From positions 794 through 64,793 of the forward strand of contig CAZZGZ010000002.1 of NCBI GenBank assembly GCA_964653635.1: DNA of 64,000 nt, written 5' to 3'. Position 1 is the stretch's first letter; every line of letters starts with the position of its first letter. The stretch comes from an uncultured Lachnospiraceae bacterium (GTDB lineage Bacteria > Bacillota > Clostridia > Christensenellales > UBA1242). The notes beneath the pieces are model-generated. The model was not told where the DNA came from. It saw only the letters and a program-made list of their open reading frames with translations, and ran no database searches. This document shows, in pieces, positions 34,437 to 44,205 of this stretch. A program made the translations under genes and the position numbers.

Positions 34437-36671
34437 CTAATTAAATAATTTATCTGCATTTTCTTTACATTTTTTTATAAGTTCACAAAGTAGTGTCAGA
34501 CGGGTTACTGTATATTTGTTTGCAATCATTCGCTTTAAATTTGCTTTTTGTCCGACTAAAACTACCATCTTTTTTGCACGTGTTACAGCTGTATAAATAA
34601 GATTTCGAGTTAAAATTAGACTTGGTCCAGCGATACAAGGGATGACTGCAATATCAAATTCTGACCCTTGACTTTTATGAATAGTTATTGCATAGGCAAG
34701 GCTTAAATTACCTACATCAGTTCTGGGATAGGTGCAAATACGTTTATCTTCAAATTCAACATCAACCTCTAAGGTTTGTTTGTCAATGTTCACGATGTAA
34801 CCGATATCGCCATTGAATACCCCTTCCCCTTCTTCTTCAACTAAGCCATTTTGCCTAACCCAAGTTAAATCGTAATTATTCACTGTTTGCATAACTTTAT
34901 CTCCGAGTCGGAATATAGTCTGACCAACGGCAATTTCTTTTTTATGTGGAGATGGAGGGTTAATACGTTCTTGAAGCGTTTGGTTAAGATTGTCTATTCC
35001 ACATAGTCCATTTCTCATAGGAGCTAAAACTTGCACAGATTGAGCTGTGCAATTACAAAAATTCGGCAGGCGAGTTGTAACAAGGTTGATTATTGCCTTG
35101 CTTGTGGTACTTACCTCTTCATGTTCCTCAAAAAAGAAGTCATTAGAGGAATTGTCGATGATTGGCATCTTGCCACTATTTATAAGATGAGCATTAGTAA
35201 CAATTAAACTATTATCACTTTGGCGAAAGATTTTAGTAAGAGATGAAACACTAACAAGGTTGCTGTTAATAATATCTGCAAGCACATTACCTGCACCTAC
35301 GCTTGGTAATTGGTCCTTGTCGCCAACTAGTATGAGTTTGCAATCTCGTGGGAGTGCTTTTAAAAGACTGCTCATAAGTAGTACGTCTACCATTGATACC
35401 TCATCGACGATAACGCAATTCGTACGCAAAAGATTGTTCTCATTATGCACAAATTTTGAAGTACCATTGCTCAACGTATTTACCTCTAAAGCACGATGTA
35501 TGGTTTTTGCCTCTCTGCCGGTTGAGTCTGATAACCTTTTTGATGCTCTGCCGGTTGGAGCTAAAAGCAATATGTTCTTTTGCATGTCAGACAAAATATC
35601 TATAATACATTTTATAATAGTTGTTTTCCCAGTTCCAGGTCCACCTGTTATAACTGAAACTCCCTCTCGAATAGCAGCGTTTATTGCATTTTTTTGTTCT
35701 TCATGAAATGTTATCTTGTTTCTATCTTCAAAGAAAGCTATTTCAGTATCGAAGTTTTCTTCTTTTTTTTCAGTTGAATGAGTTAGTAAATATAGTTTTT
35801 CTGCAATGGTTTGTTCGTAAAAATAGTACTTTGTAAGCATGACAATTTCATGCCCTTTATAAAACATTGTAGTGCAGGTTTTGTCGAGGCATAAACTATC
35901 AAATGCAGTAGTAAATTCACGTGATAAATTTTCTAGTGAAAGTTCTAAAAATTTAGAAGTTTGTGTCATTAACTCATCTTTATAAATAAATGTATTGCCA
36001 TTTTTATCACTAGCCTGTTTTATGGTGTAGAGCATTCCAGCACGCAACCTAAATTCGCTAGTTTCAGGAATTCCAATACTTTTTGCTATTTTATCAGCAG
36101 TCAAAAATCCCACGCCATCAACATCTTCCACGAGTTTATAAGGATTTGTCTTGACTACTTCTATAGTTTTATCTCCGTATGCATCTATGATGCGAAGAGC
36201 GAGATTTGTTGTAATATTGTAGCTTTGCAAAAAAATAATAGCATTTTGTAATTTTTTAACTTCACTAAATCTTAAACCAATTTCGTTTGCTTTTTTTGCA
36301 CTAATTCCTTTAACAGATGAGAGTTTTTCAGGTGTAAATTCCATTATTTCAAGAGTTTTATCACCAAACATATTGACTATATTTTTGGCTGTTACTGCAC
36401 CTATGCCTTTAATAAGTCCAGAAGCTAAAAATTTCAAAATTCCCAGTTTTGTTTTAGGCATGGATATTTCAAAGCTTGTAAATGCAAATTGATATCCATA
36501 CTTTTGATTTTGTACAAATTGTCCTTCAAGTGCGAGCAACGAGCCGATTTCTGCCTGCATAAGTTTGCCTACTGCGGTAACTGGAGTTCCTTTAAAGTCA
36601 ATTACTGCTACCGTGTAGCCATTTTCTTCATTTCTGTATTTTATTTCTTCGAGTGTACCATCAATTTTCAT
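34437..36671 (-). CDS. recD2: ATP-dependent RecD2-like DNA helicase
   Basis: 744 aa with VITGGPGTGKTT, VDEVSMVD, GDKDQLPSVGAGNVL, AITIHKSQGSEF, and N-terminal HhH repeats. Confidence 0.9.
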   Translation of the reverse strand: MKIDGTLEEIKYRNEENGYTVAVIDFKGTPVTAVGKLMQAEIGSLLALEGQFVQNQKYGYQFAFTSFEISMPKTKLGILKFLASGLIKGIGAVTAKNIVNMFGDKTLEIMEFTPEKLSSVKGISAKKANEIGLRFSEVKKLQNAIIFLQSYNITTNLALRIIDAYGDKTIEVVKTNPYKLVEDVDGVGFLTADKIAKSIGIPETSEFRLRAGMLYTIKQASDKNGNTFIYKDELMTQTSKFLELSLENLSREFTTAFDSLCLDKTCTTMFYKGHEIVMLTKYYFYEQTIAEKLYLLTHSTEKKEENFDTEIAFFEDRNKITFHEEQKNAINAAIREGVSVITGGPGTGKTTIIKCIIDILSDMQKNILLLAPTGRASKRLSDSTGREAKTIHRALEVNTLSNGTSKFVHNENNLLRTNCVIVDEVSMVDVLLMSSLLKALPRDCKLILVGDKDQLPSVGAGNVLADIINSNLVSVSSLTKIFRQSDNSLIVTNAHLINSGKMPIIDNSSNDFFFEEHEEVSTTSKAIINLVTTRLPNFCNCTAQSVQVLAPMRNGLCGIDNLNQTLQERINPPSPHKKEIAVGQTIFRLGDKVMQTVNNYDLTWVRQNGLVEEEGEGVFNGDIGYIVNIDKQTLEVDVEFEDKRICTYPRTDVGNLSLAYAITIHKSQGSEFDIAVIPCIAGPSLILTRNLIYTAVTRAKKMVVLVGQKANLKRMIANKYTVTRLTLLCELIKKCKENADKLFN

Positions 36672-36677
36672 ATTAAT

Positions 36678-36706
36678 ATTTTAAATTATTTGAAGATAAA
36701 AATCAA
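36678..36706 (-). promoter_or_regulatory. Promoter of recD2; leaderless candidate
   Basis: Minus strand: TTGATT(36706-36701), 17-nt spacer, TAAAAT(36683-36678), then ATTAAT and ATG at 36671. Confidence 0.55.
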
Positions 36707-36714
36707 GCAATTAC

Positions 36715-36743
36715 TTGCAAATAACTTTTTTTAATAGTATAAT
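36715..36743 (+). promoter_or_regulatory. Promoter of the MarR-like gene and cysS; leaderless candidate
   Basis: TTGCAA(36715-36720), 17-nt spacer, TATAAT(36738-36743), then AAATAAA and ATG at 36751. Confidence 0.6.
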
Positions 36744-36750
36744 AAATAAA

Positions 36751-37140
36751 ATGAAAACGGCAAGAAAGATAATTGAACTAGAAACACTACTTGAACATCT
36801 ATCAAAAAAGTACGCATCAAGCCTTTTAAAATATAAGGTTTTGTTTTACATTTCAGAATACGAAAATTTGTCTGTTTCTATGATTATCGATAAACTTGGA
36901 ATTAAAAAATCCAATTTTGCTTTAATGTCGGCTGACTTTATTAAAGAGGGATTATGTGAAGCATATAAAACTTCAACCGATAAAAGGTGTAAGTGTTTGA
37001 AATTAACACAGAAAGGTAAGAATGAGTTAGAGTCCTATTTGAATGATTTGCAAGAAGAACTAAAAAGTAAAAATTTAAGTGGTGATGTTTTTAACGATAA
37101 ATTAGATGAAATCATAAAAATTTTAAACAAGGTGATTTGA
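36751..37140 (+). CDS. MarR-like winged-helix transcriptional regulator
   Basis: 129 aa with LSVSMIIDKLGIKKSNFALMSADFIKEGL...DKRCKCLKLTQKGK (wHTH plus wing). Start at 36751 (MKTARK). Confidence 0.55.
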   Translation: MKTARKIIELETLLEHLSKKYASSLLKYKVLFYISEYENLSVSMIIDKLGIKKSNFALMSADFIKEGLCEAYKTSTDKRCKCLKLTQKGKNELESYLNDLQEELKSKNLSGDVFNDKLDEIIKILNKVI

Positions 37141-38532
37141 ATGAAAATATACAATTCTCTTAAAAGAAAAAAAGAAGACTTCGTGCCGTTAGATGGCAAA
37201 AACGTCAAGATGTATGCGTGTGGTATAACTCCGTCTGCAGAAGCACATATAGGGCATCTTTATCAGGCTTTGATATATGATATCATGCGTAAATTCTTGA
37301 TAAAAGAGGGATACAATGTGACCTACGCTAGAAATTATACAGATATAGATGACAAGATTATTGCAAAGTCAAACGAAATTGGCGTTCCAGCACAACAATA
37401 TGCAGAGGAGATTATTTCTTCCATAGATAAAGAGATGAAAGCTTTTGAGGTGGATGACCCCGATATTTGGCTACGGGCAACTTCTAATGTCGATAACATT
37501 ATAAAGTTTGTACAAAAACTCATTGATAAAGGTTTTGCCTATACCACAAGCAAAGGGGATGTTTACTTTTCAGTTGATAAATTTGCGGATTATGGTAAAC
37601 TTTCGGGCAGAAACACAAAAGACGCCTTAAATGGTGTGAGAATAGAAAATGAAGAGGAAAAGCAAAAGCCACTTGATTTTGCTCTTTGGAAGTCTGCTAA
37701 GTCTGGAGAGCCATCTTGGCCATCTCCTTGGGGGAATGGTAGACCGGGTTGGCATATCGAATGTTCTGTAATGAATTATGTAACATTTGGTGACCAAATT
37801 GATATTCACGGCGGTGGGAGGGATTTAGTATTCCCTCATCACGAAAATGAGATTGCACAAACAGAAAGCTTAACTGGTAAGGAATTTGTAAAGTATTGGA
37901 CGCACAACGGACTAATACGTGTGAACGGACAGAAGATGAGTAAGAGTTTAGGCAATTCCTTGCTCATGAAAGATCTTAGAAAGAATTTCCATATAGAAAG
38001 TGTGAAATTTGCACTCCTTCAAAATTCTTATCACACTGACATCAATATAACTGATAATCTTTTTGTTGATGCTCAGTGGCATCTATATGGATTTTATAAA
38101 GTTTTGCTTTCCGCTGAGCAAAAATTTGGAGAGTTGTCAGGTAGTGATGAAAGCGTCGAAAATAATTTCAATGAAGCCATGCGTGACGACTTCAATACTG
38201 CAAAAGCAATATCATACCTTTTTAATATTTTTAAATCTGCAAAGGAAAAAATTGAAAATAATGATAAAACATGTATTGCAACATTATCGCAAACAGTAAA
38301 GACATATAATCTGCTTGGTTTGTTTAAGTCCAGTGCAAAGGACTTTATAAGCTATGTAGATAGTAAAAATGACATACAAATTCCAAAGGAAGTTACTGAT
38401 TTGGCGAGCGAGCGTTGGAAGGCAAAATTAGAAAAAAACTATCAAAAAGCTGACGAGTTAAGGGCACTTATTGAAAGTCTAGGATTTGTGATGAAGGATA
38501 GTAAGGAATCATACAAAATCATAAAAAAATGA
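37141..38532 (+). CDS. cysS: Cysteine--tRNA ligase
   Basis: YACGITPSAEAHIGHL (HIGH), WPSPWGNGRPGWHIECS, and GQKMSKSLGN. Confidence 0.95.
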   Translation: MKIYNSLKRKKEDFVPLDGKNVKMYACGITPSAEAHIGHLYQALIYDIMRKFLIKEGYNVTYARNYTDIDDKIIAKSNEIGVPAQQYAEEIISSIDKEMKAFEVDDPDIWLRATSNVDNIIKFVQKLIDKGFAYTTSKGDVYFSVDKFADYGKLSGRNTKDALNGVRIENEEEKQKPLDFALWKSAKSGEPSWPSPWGNGRPGWHIECSVMNYVTFGDQIDIHGGGRDLVFPHHENEIAQTESLTGKEFVKYWTHNGLIRVNGQKMSKSLGNSLLMKDLRKNFHIESVKFALLQNSYHTDINITDNLFVDAQWHLYGFYKVLLSAEQKFGELSGSDESVENNFNEAMRDDFNTAKAISYLFNIFKSAKEKIENNDKTCIATLSQTVKTYNLLGLFKSSAKDFISYVDSKNDIQIPKEVTDLASERWKAKLEKNYQKADELRALIESLGFVMKDSKESYKIIKK

Positions 38533-38551
38533 AATTTATAAGAATAAACAC

Positions 38552-38580
38552 TTGACAAATATTTATTTATAATGTATAAT
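38552..38580 (+). promoter_or_regulatory. Promoter of rplJ-rplL
   Basis: TTGACA(38552-38557), 17-nt spacer, TATAAT(38575-38580). Confidence 0.65.
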
Positions 38581-38744
38581 TTGGATGTAAATTAAATCTT
38601 GACCTAAGACAGCAAGTGAATTTTCGTAAACACTATATTTGTGTGCTTGCCGAGGGAATTGTGCATAAAAAGATCTTTCTTCATGCCCTTTTCCTAGGCG
38701 TGAAGATTTTTTTACTACACAAAATCAAACAAAAGGAGAATTAA
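38581..38744 (+). promoter_or_regulatory. Ribosomal protein L10 leader with an intrinsic attenuator
   Basis: About 165-nt 5' UTR upstream of rplJ. It ends in the hairpin TCTTCATGCC(38678-38687)/GGCGTGAAGA(38697-38706) followed by T7, then the SD AAAGGAG. Its position matches the Firmicute L10 leader. I did not check structural covariation. Confidence 0.55.
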
Positions 38745-39233
38745 ATGAGTGCAAATTTAGAGGCTAAGAAATTAATCGTTGATGAAATAAAAACACAGTT
38801 TGATAATGCAGTAAGTGTTGTTTTTGCTGACTACAATGGTGTAACTGTTGAAGAAGACACTAAACTCAGAAAGCAAGCTCGTGAAACTGGTGTTGTATAC
38901 AAAGTTTATAAAAACAGACTTATGCTTCGTGCGCTTAATGAACTTGGCATTGAAGGTGTTAATCCAACTGATTTAGAGGGGACAACATCAGTAGCTATTG
39001 CTAAAGATGAGGTCACTGCGGCTAAACTTCTTGGAAATGCGAACAAGGATTTTAATAAATTAAATATAAAGTTCGGAATCTTAAATAAACAAGTTATCTC
39101 AAAAGCAGAATGTGAAAAACTTTCTAAAATTCCAGAAAGAAAAGTTTTACTCGCAATGCTTCTTGGTGGACTTACAGGCACAATTTCAAGTTTTGCAAGA
39201 GCACTTAATGCTGTTGCTGAAAAGAAAGCATAA
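38745..39233 (+). CDS. rplJ: 50S ribosomal protein L10
   Basis: 162 aa, with the typical N-terminus and rplJ-rplL synteny. Confidence 0.95.
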   Translation: MSANLEAKKLIVDEIKTQFDNAVSVVFADYNGVTVEEDTKLRKQARETGVVYKVYKNRLMLRALNELGIEGVNPTDLEGTTSVAIAKDEVTAAKLLGNANKDFNKLNIKFGILNKQVISKAECEKLSKIPERKVLLAMLLGGLTGTISSFARALNAVAEKKA

Positions 39234-39265
39234 ATTAATTTAAAAAATTATAAGGAGAAATAAAA

Positions 39266-39634
39266 ATGGCAGATATAGAAAAAATGTTAGAAGAAATCAA
39301 GTCTATGACAGTTATGGAACTTAATGATTTGGTTAAAAAGATTGAAGAGGAGTTTGGCGTTAGTGCTGCCGCTCCAGTAATGATGGCAGGAGCCGCTACT
39401 CCAGCTGCAGCTGCTGAAGAGAAGACAGAATTCAATGTTGTTCTTAAAGAAGTTGGTCCAAACAAAATTCAAGTCATTAAAACTGTTCGTGAAATAACAG
39501 GGCTTGGACTTGCTGAAGCAAAGGGACTTGTCGATGGAGCTCCAAAGACAATTAAAGAAAATGTTTCAACTGCTGAAGCAAAAGAAATGGAAGAAAAATT
39601 CAAGGCCGTTGGTGCTGTTGTCGAACTTCAATAG
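39266..39634 (+). CDS. rplL: 50S ribosomal protein L7/L12
   Basis: Ala-rich hinge [23 protein letters not shown] and C-terminal domain [23 protein letters not shown]. Confidence 0.97.
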   Translation: MADIEKMLEEIKSMTVMELNDLVKKIEEEFGVSAAAPVMMAGAATPAAAAEEKTEFNVVLKEVGPNKIQVIKTVREITGLGLAEAKGLVDGAPKTIKENVSTAEAKEMEEKFKAVGAVVELQ

Positions 39635-39664
39635 AAACTTTAAATCAAGATTTTGTGTATAAAA

Positions 39665-39689
39665 AAGATGCAAATTGCATCTTTTTTTT
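39665..39689. terminator. Bidirectional terminator between rplL and the pnuC-like gene
   Basis: AAGATGCA(39665-39672)/TGCATCTT(39676-39683), flanked by A6 and T-run. Confidence 0.75.
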
Positions 39690-39690
39690 A

Positions 39691-40461
39691 TTAATTTTGA
39701 TAAAACTCACGACAAAAGATGTTGTGTTTTTTCATTTTATATAACCATAAAAACAAATTTATAACTGAATTAATTACGTATATTACCATAGCAATAACGA
39801 GTGAAATGTTAGTGATATCATATGAGGACATGATTGAATATTCTATCAGGCATAAAATATTATGTAATATATAAGTCGGCCATTGAATAAATGTTCGTTT
39901 ACTGCTGAAAAAAGTTGCAAAGCAATTCAAAACTATGATGAATGCGTCAAAATATAATAGTTTTGCATTAAAAAATGGCAAATTTAGTATACCACACAAA
40001 AGGATATATGCAGTTATAAAGATTACAAATAAATAAAAGTAGTATTTATTTGAAAAAGTTGAAATTTGTGTAGTGTTTGTGCTATTTCTATTCCACCTTA
40101 TAAAACCTATGGTTAAAAGAGGAAAACTGATAAAGAAGTAGTAGAAAAATGAAGCGAAGATTGCTTGCCTAAAAGCATTAATTCCTAAAAAAATATCATG
40201 AATTAGTCCAAAAATTAAGGCAATTCTTAACTGCCTGCCGTTTAATATCGCATAAAATAGTGATAAAATAGCACCTATATCAGCTATTGCATAAAAAATC
40301 AACGACTCAGTATCATCTGGAGAGTTACCTGAAAGGACTAAGTATAGCCTAAATCCAATAATTGCAACACTACCTAGTATTATTCCTAGGTATGTCCAAA
40401 TTATAGAAATCTTTTCAATAGGTGCTTTATATTCCTTAATAGCAAAATCTTTTGGTCTCAT
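39691..40461 (-). CDS. Polytopic membrane protein, PnuC-like (nicotinamide riboside transporter family)
   Basis: 256 aa, about 7-8 TM helices, two Trp-containing repeats (GFIRWNRN, LFLWLYK) reminiscent of PnuC. The assignment is tentative. Confidence 0.45.
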   Translation of the reverse strand: MRPKDFAIKEYKAPIEKISIIWTYLGIILGSVAIIGFRLYLVLSGNSPDDTESLIFYAIADIGAILSLFYAILNGRQLRIALIFGLIHDIFLGINAFRQAIFASFFYYFFISFPLLTIGFIRWNRNSTNTTQISTFSNKYYFYLFVIFITAYILLCGILNLPFFNAKLLYFDAFIIVLNCFATFFSSKRTFIQWPTYILHNILCLIEYSIMSSYDITNISLVIAMVIYVINSVINLFLWLYKMKKHNIFCREFYQN

Positions 40462-40513
40462 ATTTCTATAATACTTATTTTTTTATAAAAAACAAAACAT
40501 AATTACACTTTGT

Positions 40514-40542
40514 TTGACATTTATACTAATTTGGTATATAAT
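40514..40542 (+). promoter_or_regulatory. Promoter of leuS (leadered, no T-box)
   Basis: TTGACA(40514-40519), 17-nt spacer, TATAAT(40537-40542). A 22-nt leader carries the SD AGGAGA. Confidence 0.65.
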
Positions 40543-40564
40543 TTTACAATAAATAGGAGAATGT

Positions 40565-42988
40565 ATGAACTATGATTTTAAAGCCATAGAAGAAAAGTGG
40601 CAAAAAAGGTGGGTTGAAGAGAAGTCATTTAAAGCTGTGGATTTTCATCCAACAAAGCCTAAATACTATGTGCTTTATGAATTTTGCAATATCAGTGGAA
40701 ATCTGCATATGGGGCACCTAAAAGGTACAATTCCTGCTGATGCTTTGGCTCGTGCAAAGAGATTACAAGGGTATAACGTTTTATTTCCTATTGGTGGCGA
40801 TGCTTTTGGTTTGCCTGCTGAAAATTCCGCAATTAAAAGTGGAATCAATCCACGTCAGTTTGTAGCAGACGGGATGGTAAAAGTTATGGAGCAGTTAAAA
40901 CAATTAGGACTTTCTTTTGACTGGGATAGGACTATTTGCACAAGCGATCCTGAGTATTATAAGTGGACACAATGGATTTTCTTACAATTATTTAAACATG
41001 GTAAGGCTTACAAAGAAAAAGCATACGTTAACTATTGTCCAAAATGCCAAACAGTTTTGTCAAATGAGGATAGTCAAGCAGGGAAGTGCGACCGCTGTGG
41101 TAGTGATGTTATTCAAGTTGAGAGAAATGTTTGGTTTTTAAAGATGCAAGAATATGCCGAAAAATTACTCGGTAATGTTGAAAGAATCAATATGGCAGAA
41201 AACTTAAAAGAAGCTCAACGTAATTGGATTGATAAAAGTGAAGGAATGCAAGTTAAATTTGATGTTGTCGATGACAAAGGGAAAAAAATTGATAACCTAG
41301 AAATTTATACGACTTGTTGCGAGACAATATATGGTATTACTTTCTTAGCTTTGGCTCCAGAAAATAAACTTGTTGAAAAATTACAGCCATATATTAAAAA
41401 TTATGACGATGTTCTTATGTACAGACAGAAGACTGCTTTGCGATCGGAATTTGAACGAATTTCAAATTTAAAAGAAAAAACAGGATGTGTTCTTAAAGGT
41501 GTTTATGCGATTAATCCGATAAATAATAAAAAAGTTCCACTTTATCTTGCTGATTTCGTTCTTGCTAATTATGCTACTGGAGCTGTTATGGCAGTGCCTA
41601 CACATGATCAAAGAGATTATGATTTTGCTAAAGCTTTTAATATACCTATGCTTCAAGTAATAGAGGGAGATTGCTCTAATGGTGCAGTTGAAAAAAAAGA
41701 GTATCTTGCTAAAAACAGCAAACTTATTAATAGTGGAGAGTTTTCTGGGATGCCTGTTAAAGAAGGGAAAATAGCGATTGCAGAAAAACTTGTAGCTTTA
41801 GGAGTTGGTGAGAAAAAAGTAAATTATAGGATGAAAGATTGGTCGTTTAATCGTCAAAGATATTGGGGAGAACCATTTCCAATAGTATTTTGTGAGCATT
41901 GTGGAACGGTGGCTCTTGACGAAAAAGACCTTCCACTTGTCCTTCCAGAAATAGATGATTATTTACCAAATGCTAATGGGGATAGCCCTCTTTCGAAAGT
42001 CGAGAGCTTTGTAAATTGCAGTTGTCCAAAATGTGGAAGACCAGCAAAACGTGAAACTGATACTATGCCGAACTGGGCTGGTTCTAGTTGGTATTGGCTA
42101 AGATACACAGATCCGCACAACGATAAAGCTTTTGCTGATTTTGAAAAACTTAAATATTGGGGGAGTGTTGATTGTTATACTGGCGGAGTTGAACATATCA
42201 CACGACATGTGTTATATGCTTTCTTTTGGCAGAATTTTTTGTATGAAATAGGGGCAGTGCCAAGTCGTGATCCTTTCATAAGGAAGATGGGTAGCGGACT
42301 TATACTCGATGATCAAGGTAAAAAAATGAGTAAAAGTTCCAAAAATGGTGTTTCACCGAAAGAGGTTATAGATAAATATGGAACAGATGTTGCTAGGCTT
42401 CACGTTCACTTTTTAGGTGGGTACGAAGATAATACACCATGGACTTATGATGGGATAACAGGTATAACCGCATTTTTGGACAAGGTTTGGAATTTACAAA
42501 ATATGATTAAGGGCGATGAAATCTCGTTTAAGCATGAAGTTGAGTTGAATAAACTTATAAAAAAAATAACCGAGGACATTGAAGACTTGAAACTAAATAC
42601 TTGTATTTCATCTCTCATGACATTTATCAAAAAAATTAAAGAAGATGGCTATATTACAAAGCAAGAATTAAGAATCTTTTTGATTCTTTTAAATCCGCTT
42701 GCTCCACATATCACTAGTGAAATATATGAAAGAGTTTTTAATTCTCAGATTTTGGATGACGTGTGGCCTACTTACGACAAGAATAAGTTAGTTGAAGCTG
42801 AAGTTGAGATAGCAGTACAAATAAATAGTAAAATCATAGCAAAAATAATGGTGCCAAGTGATTCAAACAATTCAACTATCTTGGATATTGTTAAATCTGA
42901 TGAAAAAATAAACAGTTTATTAAAGGAACGACAGATATTAAAAGAGATAGTAGTGCCAAAGCGACTTGTCAATATCATTTGTAAATAA
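40565..42988 (+). CDS. leuS: Leucine--tRNA ligase
   Basis: 807 aa with HMGHLKG, a CP1 editing domain, and KMSKSSKNG. Confidence 0.97.
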   Translation: MNYDFKAIEEKWQKRWVEEKSFKAVDFHPTKPKYYVLYEFCNISGNLHMGHLKGTIPADALARAKRLQGYNVLFPIGGDAFGLPAENSAIKSGINPRQFVADGMVKVMEQLKQLGLSFDWDRTICTSDPEYYKWTQWIFLQLFKHGKAYKEKAYVNYCPKCQTVLSNEDSQAGKCDRCGSDVIQVERNVWFLKMQEYAEKLLGNVERINMAENLKEAQRNWIDKSEGMQVKFDVVDDKGKKIDNLEIYTTCCETIYGITFLALAPENKLVEKLQPYIKNYDDVLMYRQKTALRSEFERISNLKEKTGCVLKGVYAINPINNKKVPLYLADFVLANYATGAVMAVPTHDQRDYDFAKAFNIPMLQVIEGDCSNGAVEKKEYLAKNSKLINSGEFSGMPVKEGKIAIAEKLVALGVGEKKVNYRMKDWSFNRQRYWGEPFPIVFCEHCGTVALDEKDLPLVLPEIDDYLPNANGDSPLSKVESFVNCSCPKCGRPAKRETDTMPNWAGSSWYWLRYTDPHNDKAFADFEKLKYWGSVDCYTGGVEHITRHVLYAFFWQNFLYEIGAVPSRDPFIRKMGSGLILDDQGKKMSKSSKNGVSPKEVIDKYGTDVARLHVHFLGGYEDNTPWTYDGITGITAFLDKVWNLQNMIKGDEISFKHEVELNKLIKKITEDIEDLKLNTCISSLMTFIKKIKEDGYITKQELRIFLILLNPLAPHITSEIYERVFNSQILDDVWPTYDKNKLVEAEVEIAVQINSKIIAKIMVPSDSNNSTILDIVKSDEKINSLLKERQILKEIVVPKRLVNIICK

Positions 42989-42991
42989 AAA

Positions 42992-43019
42992 AAGATATGG
43001 TCAATCATATCTTTTTTTT
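42992..43019 (+). terminator. Rho-independent terminator of leuS
   Basis: AAGATATG(42992-42999)/CATATCTT(43006-43013) followed by a T-run. Confidence 0.8.
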
Positions 43020-43075
43020 AAATCATGTTTTTAGATTTTTGCTTGTTGTCTATAAAAACTCACTTAGTGAGATTT

Positions 43076-43393
43076 TTATTTGTTACTACTATCCTTTTTA
43101 GCATTGACTGCTTTTTCAATACAATACATAATCAGAACAATTACTAGTGCGGCTATCAAAGAAACTATAATGCTTATTGTTACGCTTAGAACATATAGTG
43201 AAAGAATCAAGTAGAGCCATAAAAATGTTGAAATGGCAGGCATAATATAGACAATAAACATATTCCAGAAAGTATTTAATTTTTCTGATTTTCTAATATA
43301 GAAAATCATTAAACCTAATGAAATTATCGAAAATACAACTGCCAAGATAAATGTTACGAATGATTCTGTAGAAAGAATTGCTAGATTAATCAT
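43076..43393 (-). CDS. Hypothetical small membrane protein (105 aa, 3-4 TM)
   Basis: Strong SD (AAGGAGGattttATG) and hydrophobic throughout. Confidence 0.55.
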   Translation of the reverse strand: MINLAILSTESFVTFILAVVFSIISLGLMIFYIRKSEKLNTFWNMFIVYIMPAISTFLWLYLILSLYVLSVTISIIVSLIAALVIVLIMYCIEKAVNAKKDSSNK

Positions 43394-43493
43394 AAAATCC
43401 TCCTTAATTTATGCTTATTTTATCATATTATTATAAAAATGTCAATACCTCAATGTAAAAAAATTACATTTTTTCAAAAAAATGTTTTTTTTG

Positions 43494-43522
43494 TTGTAAA
43501 AATTTGTCAGTTGCTTTATAAT
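43494..43522 (+). promoter_or_regulatory. Promoter of the 43529 gene; leaderless candidate
   Basis: TTGTAA(43494-43499), 17-nt spacer, TATAAT(43517-43522), then AAACAT and ATG at 43529. Confidence 0.55.
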
Positions 43523-43528
43523 AAACAT

Positions 43529-44155
43529 ATGAAGAAGAAACTTTTAGTATCTCTTTTTATAGTTGCCGTGCTTATTGCAATTTCTGCGATGGGGCTATTT
43601 ATTTATGACATCGCAAGTGCAAGTGAGGATGTTGGTTCGGTCATGATTGATTATCTCGATGGTTATCTCTTTTCAGTTAATCGATCAAAAAACGATAATG
43701 CAAAATATAAGTTCAAATTGCAACAGGTTGGAACTACCATTGAATATTATATGACTTCAGACGTGAATTATGTATATTTAAAAGAGAGCGGAATAACCTT
43801 ACAGGCAGGTCAAGACTATGCAGTATCGGCTTGTTACGTTTCTGACAGAGAAACTATTTATGGCGAAAGCACAACTTTTACTTATAAAGAAAAACTTAGC
43901 ATTGAGGCGGGGTTATCTATTGAAAATATACTAGTTAATACTTCAAGTGCGACCTCATCTTTGCAAGTTAAAGTAGATAATAGTGAGGTTATATTCAATG
44001 TTCAAGATTTAGCAAAGTATGGTGATTATATTGTTATATATTTAAAGGATCTAAATTTAGAGTCAGGTACGCACACCATCGTTGTGTATGCAATGGGAGA
44101 TGAAGAGAAGTATTTACGAAGTGATGCGAGCGAAATAATAACTATATTGATATAG
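43529..44155 (+). CDS. Hypothetical membrane-anchored/secreted beta-rich protein
   Basis: MKKKLLVSLFIVAVLIAISAMGLFIY is a signal or anchor. The 30-aa N-terminal extension in the ORF track (43439) lies upstream of the predicted promoter. Confidence 0.6.
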   Translation: MKKKLLVSLFIVAVLIAISAMGLFIYDIASASEDVGSVMIDYLDGYLFSVNRSKNDNAKYKFKLQQVGTTIEYYMTSDVNYVYLKESGITLQAGQDYAVSACYVSDRETIYGESTTFTYKEKLSIEAGLSIENILVNTSSATSSLQVKVDNSEVIFNVQDLAKYGDYIVIYLKDLNLESGTHTIVVYAMGDEEKYLRSDASEIITILI

Positions 44156-44167
44156 AATAGAAGTTAA

Positions 44168-44204
44168 AAAAGTGCTTATACTTTTAACAAGGAGCACTTT
44201 TTTT
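44168..44204 (+). terminator. Intrinsic terminator-like hairpin whose loop and 3' arm contain the gerAA-like SD
   Basis: AAAGTGCT(44169-44176)/AGCACTTT(44193-44200) followed by a T-run to 44204. AAGGAG lies at 44189-44194 and the ATG at 44206. Confidence 0.55.
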
Positions 44205-44205
44205 G

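Noticed and set aside
40462-40564. NAD+/pnuC-motif riboswitch upstream of the pnuC-like gene
   Set aside because: The gene appears to have essentially no 5' UTR: the TATTAT hexamer ends 6 nt before the ATG. The remaining intergenic DNA belongs to the divergent leuS promoter.
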